The translations under genes were made by a program, and so were the position numbers. A model generated the notes under the pieces. The model saw only the letters and a list, made by a program, of their open reading frames with translations, searched no databases and was not told where the DNA came from. Shown here piece after piece: positions 51,961-64,000 of a DNA stretch of 64,000 bases. How positions within the stretch are numbered: the first letter of the stretch is position 1; each line of letters opens with the position of its first letter. The stretch comes from Eledone cirrhosa (taxonomy: Eukaryota). The stretch covers positions 241,862,001-241,926,000 of the forward strand of contig OZ024743.1 of NCBI GenBank assembly GCA_964016885.1, read 5' to 3'.

Positions 51961-51999
51961 TGATTGCGGATGAATACTACAATAAAACTCACCTCCTAC

Positions 52000-52037
<38 letters not shown>

Positions 52038-52078
52038 CGACGTTTATATATATATATATATATATATTTATTTTGCGA

Positions 52079-52121
<43 letters not shown>

Positions 52122-52310
52122 GAGCTTTTTTTTACAAAATGGAAAAAAACGAGCTGTCCTATACGAGTGAAAGTATAAGGAAAAGCGATTAAATCGAAAA
52201 TACACCTGGAGTCTTTTTTAAAATATTTATTTGGTTCCTTTACCCGTTTCGCAGTTCTTGTGCTTTTTAAAAGTAGAATTGAGATGGAGGGTTTGTGGTT
52301 TTTATATTTA

Positions 52311-52445
52311 TATGAACAGACCACTAGAAAAAACTAGGCAAGTTTTTTGAAGTTCGAAGACATATTCATTACACAATATGGTGCAATAAATTTTTCTTCG
52401 AATTTCAACACATCTTGACTAGTTTTTCCTAGTACCCTGTTCATA
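52311..52445. repeat. Small inverted repeat / MITE remnant
   Basis: atgaacag..actagaaaaaactag.caag..tgaagttcgaaga versus tcttcgaatttca..cttgactagtttttcctagt..ctgttcat. Confidence 0.5.
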
Positions 52446-52790
52446 CTGAATCACTCCGTGAAGTTCTCCTCGAAAGATATGTAAAATACTCGATGCCGCA
52501 TCTCATATCATCAAGATATTTATGTTACACAATTCCACCGGCCACGTTGAGCACAAGTAACTGGTAAGCTGCCTCTTCCGTTATTCTGCGACTCATATCC
52601 AGATATCCAGTTTATGCAAACGCCTACATAAAACAGATACTTCTAACACTTCTCATATATATATATATGCGTGTGTATGTGTGGCTGTGTGTATGTGCGT
52701 GTGTATGTGTGTGTGTGCACGCGCGTGTGTGTGTGTGTGTGTGCACGCGTGTGTGTGTGTGTGTATGTGTGTGAACAAGGAAATATGATC

Positions 52791-53040
52791 GAAGTCATGG
52801 TTGCACCATAAGTACACTTTATTGCATAAGACAACTGATTTTATATCGATTAGCTCAGTGTTCGATCATAATAATCGGGGACCTAATATGCATTACATCT
52901 CATCCGATATGCGAGTTCGAGTTCGCAGGTATAAAACACATTCAAACTAAACGCATTCATTTTGATTGAATCCTGATCTGATCGATATCGAGTCAATTGT
53001 CATATCAAATAACGTTAACTTATGGTGCAACCAAGACTTC
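52791..53040. mobile_element. MITE with 23-bp terminal inverted repeats
   Basis: gaagtcatggttgcaccataagt ... acttatggtgcaaccaagacttc. Confidence 0.55.
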
Positions 53041-53225
53041 CTTCCTACTTATTCATATTTACACTCTGCTCGTTAGAATCCCTTTAACCTTGGAGTACAC
53101 TGAAATATGAACCCCACACAAGACGGTCAGTCGTAGCAGCAATGTGTACTTTAACCGGCGAACCGCCTGTAACTATAGTTACCCACATATTTACCATATA
53201 TATATATGTATATATATATATACAT

Positions 53226-53324
<99 letters not shown>

Positions 53325-53468
53325 CTTATATATACACATCCACATACAGACATAGACATAAATGCATACATGCATAAATAAATAAATGTGTCTTATTCAT
53401 TTTCTGAATAAACAGCGCAATTTTTAGATATTTCTCTACCTTATCTTTCTATCTACCCCAATCAGCCA

Positions 53469-53506
<38 letters not shown>

Positions 53507-53527
53507 TTATCTATTTATCTATCTATC

Positions 53528-53558
<31 letters not shown>

Positions 53559-53563
53559 CTATA

Positions 53564-53642
<79 letters not shown>

Positions 53643-53711
53643 TACATATATATATAAAAAAGAAATGAATACAAGGAGTTTAAAACCGTTAAAACATGTT
53701 TGTATAACAGC

Positions 53712-53752
53712 GCACCTACGTACGTTTCGCCCGGAATGGTTTTATCAAGGGC
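53712..53752 (-). ncRNA. Hammerhead ribozyme with U3:A8 core (pLTR remnant related to 47905)
   Basis: Reverse complement reads gccc-TTGATAA-aaccattccgggc-GAAA-cgtacg-TA-ggtgc. Confidence 0.6.
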
Positions 53753-53966
53753 ATGGAAAACAAAAAATGATCAATACACGACCCAGGAGGGGTTTCGCGG
53801 TTAAATTAACATCAGAGTTCATTCTTCGCCTACGTGCATGTGCTGTTATTATCGCTTCTAATATTTAACCCTGTAGGCACTAGTATTGAGCACATCTGCA
53901 CAAACTATTGGCAACTAAATATATGTATCGCCTATCTTTCCTTTTTTCTCTCTCTCGATACTTAAA

Positions 53967-54096
<130 letters not shown>

Positions 54097-54211
54097 GTAT
54101 ATATATATATATATATATATAAGCAAAAGGGATATTGAAATTGTTGGTAGTTGAAATATATATAATAGAGTAAATATGGTTTTATAAATATAGTTTCCAT
54201 TTATTTAATAT

Positions 54212-54251
<40 letters not shown>

Positions 54252-54259
54252 GTGTGTGT

Positions 54260-54322
<63 letters not shown>

Positions 54323-54479
54323 TGTGTGTGTGTGTCTGTGCGCGTGTGTGTGTGTGTGTGTATGTAGAATAGAAAACGAAAATTCAGTGATGCATCTGAA
54401 CTCAATTTATTGTGTGTTACAATTGTTTCCCGGCGGACAGCTCGAGACGCGATCATTGTGTGGATTCTGGACCCGCAGG

Positions 54480-55433
54480 TATAGCGAAATCTGTCCACGC
54501 CTTGAACCTTGGGTGACACCTAAAGATCAAACTCTAGGTCACCACCCTTTTGGTGTGAACAGGTTCATGCGAGGGCTATCCCCTCAAGATAGGAGACAGA
54601 GAGCGACAGGTATATAAAGCCTGTATTTTCCCACCTTAGACACAGAGAGATCGGAACACCACGATACAGACACCAGCTATGTGAAAGATTCACCGCTACC
54701 CTCAGGCCCCAGAGGTCTACATACATACAGAGCGACCGGAGAAGTACGCTATTACAAGCTATGTGAAAGATTTACCGCTATCTACAGGCCACGGTGGTCT
54801 ACAGTCAACTACAGTCAATTACATACCATTACTCTATATATCAATCTCTCTCTCTCTCTCTCTCTCTCTTGGTCACAGATTACAACAGCCTCACGAACCA
54901 ACAACAAAAATAACATTGTCAACTTCGCAACTCGTGGTAATATGTTTATTGTACTTTTTGACTCAAGTGAACTAAACCTTTATATATAAACTAAATCGGC
55001 CATTCTTATTTCATCTAATAATCATGTTAACTCATTTAACAATTTCTTTACTTATACCCTTCATTAAATTTGTGAACCCGACGTTAATAAATATTAAAAA
55101 TAATACGAACTGGTATTTAAAAAAAAAAGAAAACGACACGCAGCCTTTTGATCTGACCATGGCTTCTTTTGCCAATATCAACAACTTTCTCTTACCAAGT
55201 ATCTCATCTATATTCTACGATATGATAAAACTTCACTTTTTCAAATTATTCACCACAAATTTCCATTCTATAGAATATTTACAGTGACTTCGCTTTTATG
55301 TTTCGATTCATTACCAAACACTTCAGCACTTGCTTCGTAATCTCCAGCAACAACAACAAACAATACTACTAGCTTCCTAGCAAGAAAACGATCACATAAA
55401 GAAGAGAAAACTGAACTTGTTGTAAAGAACAAT

Positions 55434-55466
<33 letters not shown>

Positions 55467-56643
55467 TTTACAGGTTATATATGAATGTCATTTTTTTTTT
55501 GTTTTTTTTTTTTGTTTCACTATATTATATGCCTGTATCAACATACACGTTTTGCATCAAACACACATCATTTTCTTTGTCACACACCAACATGTTTTTG
55601 TCTATGGTATATTCTGGATGCGGTTCGGTCTCAGCGAGATCACTTTTCAACTGGTCGAGGTACGGCAACAGCTATTAAACACATGAGAAACTCACCCACG
55701 GGTACTACTCGCTTTGACTCACTCAAGCACGCAACTCAAAATTGCATTCACTCATGTCATAGCATAAACCTCGACTCACTGGAAAAGCATATTATGTATG
55801 ATAATACATCGAGATACAACACGTCGAGGTACGGCAACAGCTATTAAACACATGATAAACAACTCACGGTTACTACTCGCTTGAACTCACTCAAGCACGC
55901 AATTCAAAAGTGCACACATTCATGTCATAGCGTAAACCTCGACTCACTGGAAGAGAATCTTACGTATGATGATACATCGAGAGAAATAGTCCTCTGTGTT
56001 ATCATATCGTAATCCGATAACAGTAACCCCAACGTCCATCCATCCATACACAACAGTTCGAAATACATGATCACAACTCTGTATATTTACAGTTTCTTCT
56101 AAATGTTACACACACACATGCATACACAGTTATACAATATTTTTTTTCTATCTCCAAATTTCTCTACACTCGAAATGGGGGCGCAGTACCCACATTTTGT
56201 GTGTTTTGGGACACGTTTCTAGAATCAGATTTCGCTACCCCTTTTGTAGTCGATCACTGCCCCTGCATCAATCTGGGTAGGGAACTAATGTAGCGAAATC
56301 TGTCCACGCCTTGAACCTTGGGTGACACCTAAAGGTCAAACTCTAGGGCACTACTCTTTTGGTGTGAACAGGTTCATGCGTGGGCTATCCCCTCAAGGTG
56401 GGAGACAGAAAGTGACAGGTATGTAAAGCCTATATTTTCACACTTTATAGACAGAGAGATCGGAGCACCACGATACAGACCAGCTATGTGAAAGATTCAC
56501 CGCTACCTTCAGGCCACAGAGGTCTACAGACATACAGAGGGATCTGAGCAGTACGCTATTACAAGCTATGTGAAAGATTCACGGCAATCTACAGGGCACA
56601 GTGGTCTACAGTCAACTACAGTCAATTACAGACCATTACATAC

Positions 56644-56725
<82 letters not shown>

Positions 56726-56928
56726 TCGCAGAGTACAACAGCCATGAACCAACAACAAAAATAACAGTGTCAACTTCGCAACTCGTGGTAATATGTTTAT
56801 TGTTCTTTTTGACTCAAGTGAAGTAAACATTTATATATAAACTAAATCGGCCATTCTTGTTATTTCATCTAATAACCGTGTTAATCCCATCTAACAATAA
56901 CTACTCCTTACTTATACTCTTCATTATA
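54480..56928 (+). mobile_element. Internally deleted Gypsy-type LTR retrotransposon
   Basis: Direct LTRs 54480-~55068 and 56289-56928. A PBS-like tttgtgaacccgacgt follows the 5' LTR and a PPT gggtaggggaa precedes the 3' LTR. A 4-bp CAGG TSD is present. The internal region is only ~1.2 kb. Confidence 0.75.
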
Positions 56929-57062
56929 CAGGTTCGAGGGACACGTCTAATGATTTCGGAGCATATTCTCTCACATTCTATGATACTCCGCTCTGTAAGA
57001 GAATAGATTTCTCAACAGGCATACTGCCTATGGAAGCATCTTAGCTACCATCAGACACACAT

Positions 57063-57154
<92 letters not shown>

Positions 57155-57284
57155 CTATGTATATGTAGTTTTATATAGCTATCATATCTTTAGAATCGAT
57201 CTATTTATCTATCAATCTATCGATTTGCCTGTCTATCTATCTATCTAACAACATTTGCGTCAAACCCTACAATTGACTCCTGTT

Positions 57285-60200
57285 AAATGTTTGAAATATA
57301 CGCATCTCTCTGTCAGCCGGGAGGTGGGGGTGGGGTTGCCGTTTTGCTGCGGAAACACCTCGACCTCGTTACACAGACGGTACATCTGGACCCGGAGGAT
57401 CGACTGGTGGTCCTAGACGTTGACGGTAGGGAAGGTGGAGCCTTCAGGCTGGTGGCCGTATATGCCCCATCCGGGAAACCGCGGCCAAACTTCTTCAAAC
57501 GTGTAGAGAATTTTCTGGGAATCTCCCGCTCCCTGCTGTTTGTGGGAAACTGGAATGGAATCCTAGATGCACGTTGGGACTATGTGGGAGCATGTCCCGA
57601 TAGAGGGGGGTGTAACAGCCTCAAACATTTAATCGGCCTATTTCAACTGGCCGATAGATATCGACTAGATTTTCAAACTGTGCCACTGTGGACGTGGCAG
57701 AACATCTAGATCGTACCTAGATAGGTTTCTAGTTAGAGTTGGTGATAGGGACATGTTAAGCTGTCCACAAATGTTCATGGTTCCCTATTCACATCACAAA
57801 CTAGTGACCTGCTAAGTCAACACTGACAGAACCCATAGACAGGGACCCGACTACTGGAAGCTGAACTTGTCGTTACCGGCATGCAAAGCCTACAGTAGAC
57901 GGGTTAGCACTTTAGTTAAGCAGCACTTGACGGGGGCCATTGTCAACAACAGATGGTGGTACTCTCTCAAGAGGGCAGTTAGATTAGACTCGATAGGCTT
58001 AGTAAAGAATTAGTGTTAGATAGAAATAAGACCGAAAAGGAACTAGTAGATAAAGTACAAAGAGCCACTTAGGAGTGGCAACGTAGCCAGGGTGCTAGCG
58101 ACGAGAACGGCCTTGGACCAGTTCTTCGACGCAAAGCATGAAGGCTACGTTGTCAGGAGCAAAATACGTGCTCTGGGAAACGAGGGAACCAATGCTATTA
58201 GCTGGTCCCGAGTGACGGAGGCGAAAAGTGGCAACAAGTCCAGGATTCGGTCTTGAAGGACCAAGACGGACGCGTGATACGTGAGCCGAAGCAAATGTGC
58301 GCAGCCTTTCAGCGGCACTTTTCTCAACTGTTCGGAGAGGGCGGCGCGCCGGGAGTGGCTATGTATTTCGGTCCATAACTCGACGGCCTGCCGCGACTTT
58401 CGAACAGCGAGGCGAAGTTCTGCGAAAGGCATATTTCGGCCGCTGAGATAGGATACGCCCTGAGCCAATGCGGCAAACGCAAATCTCCAGGTCTCGACGG
58501 TCTACCCTACGAATTTTACGTATCAATGCCGGACATGTCCTCCGGTCTCCTGGAAGCGGTCTACTGCAACTGGCAGCAAAACGGGAGAATTCCCAGTTCT
58601 GTGACCAAGGTAGTAGTCACGTTAGTCAGGAAGGACGAGAATAAGGGGGATGACATAGGCAACTTTCGGCCCATAACTCTGGTAAACATAGAGTTAGAGA
58701 TTTTGGCCAAGGTGTCGGCAAAGAGGCTGGCGCTTGTCGTCAAAAACCTGGTGCGAGAAGCGCAGACATGTGCAATACCAACTAGGTCCATACACGACAT
58801 CTTCTACCTCATGCGATACATTATAGAGAGGGTTGGGTGTAAACCCGGTTTCGGTGGAGCCCTGATCAACTTGGACAGTCTAAGGCTTTTGATAGGGTTG
58901 ACCATCCTTACCTGGATGTGGTGCTCCGGGCGGCAGGCTTTGAAACCGTGTTTAGGGGCTGGATTGCTGCAATGCACAGCAGCAACATCTGTTCAAGGGT
59001 CAAGGTGAACGGCTACCTCTCGGAGCCGTTCCATATCACGCGATCCATCCGACAGCTATGCCCTCTCTCTTCCCTTCTGTACGTACTGACTCTAGAGCGA
59101 CTACTGCGGGAGTTGGAGCTATTGCAGGACATCCCTTTGGAACCGGGACTGCGAAAAGCGGCGTCGGCATACGCCGACGATATGGCAGTAATGGTGTCTA
59201 GCACCTCGCAAATAGGGGAGGTCGACACCTTACTGAAGGAATACGAAAGGTACACTAGAGCGAAGCTGAACCGGGACAAATCCGTCGGTTTGCAACTCGG
59301 TACGTGGAGACGCAAACCGATGCCTTCCGATGGCGTCGGAAGGATCGGTAAAGCTGCTCAGGGTCTGGTTTGGTCTGGACCTCCAGGTGGAGAAGAACTG
59401 GAACGAGGTGACGGCCAAGTTGTTTGCGCTCACACAGAAGTGGGCCGAGTGCAAACTATCCTTGAAAGGTCGAGCGGAGGTGGCGAACACTTTTATAGCG
59501 TCCGTCATCTACTACCGCTTGACCGTCCTGCCTTGTCTAACCAAAACGCTCACCAAAATGGAGCGTGCGCTCTTCCAATTCCTTTGGAAAAAACGGGATC
59601 CTTTGGTGAGAAGATCCATCTGCTGCCAACACCCTTCAAACGGAGGGCTGGGGATGCTGTGGCTGACGGTGCGCAAACCGGACAACCGCTGTGGTCCCCG
59701 TTCGTGAGGCGAGCCTTCCCACGACTCGTCTCGCTGACCGAGTTGCAGTCCTGGGTCAAGCAAAGACCAAGGAAAATAGGCGACTGGCACATCGAATGTA
59801 CTCAGGCGCTCACAGTCCTCTGGCAAACGGACCCGGCATTCAGTGGAGACTCCACTTCGTAATTCTATAGAGGGTTGGTCCGCAGCAAGTGCGACGACGC
59901 GGTCGCGGAAACTCTAGACGTAGAGAACGAACTGGCCAGTTTGTTCGGTAGGACCTTCCGCTCGCGACTGATGGACAACTTCCAAAAGTTCCTTGCCTGG
60001 CAGTTCTACCGAGGAGCTCTAGCAGTTCGAGATAAGCTCTACAGACACGGGCGCCGGGGCAGGTACCCTTCGAAAAAGATCTGTCAGAGATGCGTGCGCG
60101 ACGAGAAACCGTTGCACACGCATTTGTACACTGCCCGGGCGTAACCGACCTGTGGGGCTATGTAGAACGACTTTTGTCGCGGGTGGGACCAATCCAGTTA

Positions 60201-60730
60201 ACCACCGAGTCCATTGTCATGATCAAACCGCTACCCTCCTTCAAAAACGAAGGAGAGGCGGTTTTCCTATGTGTTATGGCTATGGTGAAAGAGGTTATCT
60301 GGTGGACGAGGTTAAAAGGGCTGAGGTCAGGTACCTTTCTCTCCGGCGAACAACTGATTCGTTTTTTCAAATATCATTTTGGAAGAAGAATCAGGATGGA
60401 GAGGGAGGTTCTGTACCCCAGCAAATTTTATAAAAGGTGGGTGAATGTGGCAAAGATGGCCCGAGTGGTTGGGCCTTCTCTCTATATAAGTCTGTAGGTT
60501 GAGGAAAAAGAGGAAGAGAGGAGGAGAGTACTCACTCTTGGTGCTCCTGGAGATGAGGGTTGTACATATTTTCGGGGTGTGTACAAGCCCTGAATAACGC
60601 CTCCCCCTATTGGGGATTTCAATTGTTATTTGATATTTTATTAGTTTTATTTTCATATACCTGTATGTAAACTCCCCATTTGTATTCGTCCCTTTCTTTT
60701 GTGCCCTTGTGGCTAGTAAAGAAATTATCT
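57285..60730 (+). mobile_element. Tx1-clade LINE, ORF2 region (EN-RT-Zn) + 3' UTR, degenerate
   Basis: GGGVAVLL, LVAVYAPS, DYWKLN, KSPGLDGLPYEFY, NFRPITL, AYADDMAV and ICQRC. Bounded by TATC-rich tracts. Confidence 0.9.
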
Positions 60731-60744
60731 ATCAATCTACCTAT

Positions 60745-62225
60745 CTCCCCGCGTCGGGCGCTGGACGGAGGGCCCGGTGAAGTTGCTCGGGGTCTGGTTC
60801 GGACCAGACCTCCAGGTGGAGAAGAACTGGGGTGAGGTGACGAACAGGGTGTTTGCACTGACCCAGAAGTGGGCCGAGTGCAAACTGTCCCTGAAAGGAC
60901 GGGCGGAGGTGGCGAACACTTATATAGCGTTCGTCATCTACTACCGCCTGACCGTTGTGCCTTGCCCAAGGGAAAGGCTCGCCAAAATGGAGCGCGCACT
61001 CTTCCAATTCCTTTGGAAGAAGCGGGCTCCTATGGTGAGGAGATCCATCTGCTGTCAACACCCTTCGAAAGGAGGGCTGGGGATGCCGTGGCTAATGATA
61101 CGTAAACACGCATTAAGGCTACGGCACCTTCAGGTATTCCTCTCCGGTCAACCGGTGTGGGCCCCGTTTGTGAGGCGAGCCTTTCCCAGACTCGTCTCAC
61201 TCACCGAGCTGCAATTCTGGGTCAAGCAAATACCGAGAAAACTGGGCGCCTGGCACACCGAGTGTGCCCAGGCACTCACGGCTCTCTGGCAGGCGGACCC
61301 GGCTGTCAGTGGAGAATCCACCTCGTCATTCTATAGAGGGCTGGTGGTTAGCAGGTGCGACGACGCCCTCGGAGAAGCCCTATGCATGGAGGAAGACGAA
61401 CTGGCCAACCTGTTCGGTAGGACATTCAGCCCGGGACCCATGGATAACTTCCAGAGGTCCCTGGCCTGGCAATGCTACAGAAGGGCTCTGCCCGTTCGAG
61501 AAAGGCTCTACAGACACGGGCGCCCGGGTAGGGACCCATCGAAAAAGATCTGTCCCAGATGCGTGTGCGACGAGGAAACCGTTGCACACGCATTGGTACA
61601 CTGCTCGGGCATTGCCGATCTGTGGGGTTATGTCGAACAACTGCTGTCAAGGGTGGGACCAATCCGGTTGACCACCGAGTCTATTGTAACGATCAAGCCG
61701 CCTCCCCTCTTCAAAAGCGAAGGAGAGGCGGTGTTTCTGTGCGTAATAGCCATGGCGAAAGGGGTTGTATGGTGGACGCGTCTGAAAGGACTGAGGTCAG
61801 ACACCTTTCTCTCTGGCCAACAACTGGTCCGTTTCTTCCGATATCATTTCGGAAGAAGGATCAGGATGGAGAGAGAGGTGCTGCACCCCAGCCGTTTCTA
61901 TGGGTGAAAGTGGCGAGAATGGCCCGTGTGAATGGGCCTTCACTCTACATCAGACTATAGGTGAGGAAGATGAAAGACCAAGGGAGAACCCCTTCTCTGT
62001 GCTCCTGAGGAGAAGGGTTGCACACTTTTTTCGGGGGTGTGTGCGACCCCCCAAGGCGCCTCCTCTCTATTGAGGACTTTGTTATAAATTTTATTTTTTG
62101 TTATATTTTATTTTATTTTTATATATTGTTATTGCCTCCTCCCTATTGAGGACGCCTTGTTTTGTAAACTCCCCCCATTGTACTTGTCCCACTTTTGATG
62201 CTCTGGTGGCAAATAAAAGAAACAT
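60745..62225 (+). mobile_element. Tx1-clade LINE, 5'-truncated 3' part
   Basis: 376-aa ORF KLLGVWFG...GGLGMP...CPRCVCDEETVAHALVHC. AATAAA at ~62212 is followed by (TATC)n. Confidence 0.9.
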
Positions 62226-62329
62226 ATCTATCTATATACGTATCAATCAATCGATCTATCTATCAATCTATCTACCCGTCTAGCTATCTATCTACCTAAT
62301 CTATCTATCTATCTATCTATCTATCTCTT

Positions 62330-64000
62330 TATCTGCCTGACGCGCGGAACATCGCCGGTAAGAAAAACAGAACAAATTGTTTGAAAAAACATATCATTTT
62401 ATAGATTAACCCCCAAGATGAATGGTCACATTTTTCGCCCCTTTAGGGGCGAAAATTTAATTTAAATATTGTTTAAAAAATCAAATTTTGCCAACTATAA
62501 AATATGAATAACTCGAAAAGAACGCTAGAGAACGTCGAGAGAGAGAAGAGAGGGAAAGAGGAAGATATTAACGTTATATCTGCTTCTGCTACTATGGAAG
62601 TCAAAAAGAGAAGAAAAAACACTTGAAGATTTTAAAATTTCTACCGTCAAAGCGGATAAAAATAACAATAACACACAGGAAAACACAGGAATTAAACCTA
62701 TTAACATACACATGAAAAAGACAACATAACAACTCCACAGATACATCTACACATAAAGTTTCACCTCGTCAGGGAATTGGATTTCCAACACCGAAGCTAA
62801 CAACGATAACAACAACAACAGCAACACCACTAAAAAAAATGTCTTTCGCTGAAACAGTGAAAAAAAAACAAGATTTTATAAATCTTGACATCTCCAATGC
62901 AAGAGATATGCTTCAGCAAGGGAGAAAATGTGTAACTTTCGAAGACAAGGGTGGGTTTAGAATTAACTCACCCCTCGAAATAAAAGAAGAGACAGTTCGA
63001 AGGACAGTGATCTTCAGGACTGTATCCAATACAACGAGAAAGCCGATATTTGTTAGTCAAGGAGATATAGAAGCCAACTTGAAGGAAATTCTAGCAAATA
63101 TTGACTTTCTCCAACGAGGAAAACAGTACGGAAGCACTTCCGTACTGTTTAAATGCGAGGCACTCGCCACAAAACATTCTGTGACACCAATGGTGTCAAA
63201 AGCATTCACCTTTTTCCCTACATACATGGGAAAAAGGGCACAAAAATAAAAAATATATATACACCAAACATGAACATCTTGTCCATATTGGTTGGCTTCG
63301 TAGAGCCAGAGACTAATATGATTCTTTCGATACGAAAGTCTATTAGACAAAGGTGGGCGGGTACTGATTTTGAGATTCTGACGCAAATGAGGCCGGAGAG
63401 AATCTCCAAAATACTCGAAAAAATACCCGACAACAACAAAATAAACATAAAAAAACACTATTACCAACACCAACACCAAGACAAACACCACCACCACAAG
63501 TACAACAACAGACGAAACGAGGAACCACACCAAAACAAACAGCCACTCAACCAACAACAGAAAAAACATAGACAACGCCCCTGAAGAACACATCCCCACC
63601 CATCCCACTCCATCAAACACTACCACATACACACACATCAAAACATCACCACCACACAACATACCCCTACCCCACACTCCTGACGATGATTATTCATCGA
63701 CAGATGAGGCTGCTTCTCCTTCTTTAAGTGACGAAGAGGGAGAGCGCGGAAATCTAAAAAACAAAAAAAGAGACACCACAAAACCCCCCAAACTCCAATC
63801 AGCAACACCAACACAGAACCACAGATACAAACAACAACACAAACAACACCACAGTCAAACATCCCCCTACCAGCAAAACTAACACCAACACCACCCTCAA
63901 ACACAAGCACCCACCATAAAAAGAAAACTCCCGGACGAACAACAAACTAAAACAACACAACAAAAACTCAAACAACAATACGCATACATCAACTCAAACA
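62330..64000 (+). mobile_element. Tx1-clade LINE 5' UTR + ORF1 (runs off the window end)
   Basis: RRTVIFRTVSN...QRGKQYGSTSVLF...FFPTYMGKRAQK is homologous to the ORF1s at 11209-11487 and 1-450. It starts immediately after (TATC)n. Confidence 0.78.

Noticed and set aside
55024-55287. PFDLTMAS as a Naiad RT motif
   Set aside because: It lies just after the LTR and PBS with no other RT motifs, so it is more likely decayed gag-region or chance sequence.

Overview
This is an AT-rich, microsatellite-dense animal genomic window. The repeat content suggests an octopus or other cephalopod, but that is an inference. No host protein-coding gene is recognisable and almost all of it is nested retroelements. 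(1) Tx1/L1-clade LINEs (ORF1 RRM+CCHC, APE endonuclease, RT) are stacked head-to-tail in (TAA)n or (TATC)n tracts. (2) R4/Dong-clade RLE LINEs sit in (TAA)n. (3) There are many Penelope-like elements (PLEs): four Naiad-type copies and one young element with an uninterrupted 1114-aa RT+GIY-YIG ORF, arranged as a ~7.1-kb palindrome. (4) The most notable feature is a dense set of hammerhead ribozyme (HHR) motifs. These include a near-identical 466-bp tandem array with one minimal type I HHR per unit (retrozyme-like, with a PLE-style inversion), several short HHR fold-back elements, and HHRs with variant cores (U3:A8 covariant, U4A) or long stem II insertions. The window also holds a deleted Gypsy LTR element (PBS, PPT, TSD), RTE fragments, tRNA-derived SINEs and MITEs. 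All family calls come from motif recognition by eye, not from database searches.
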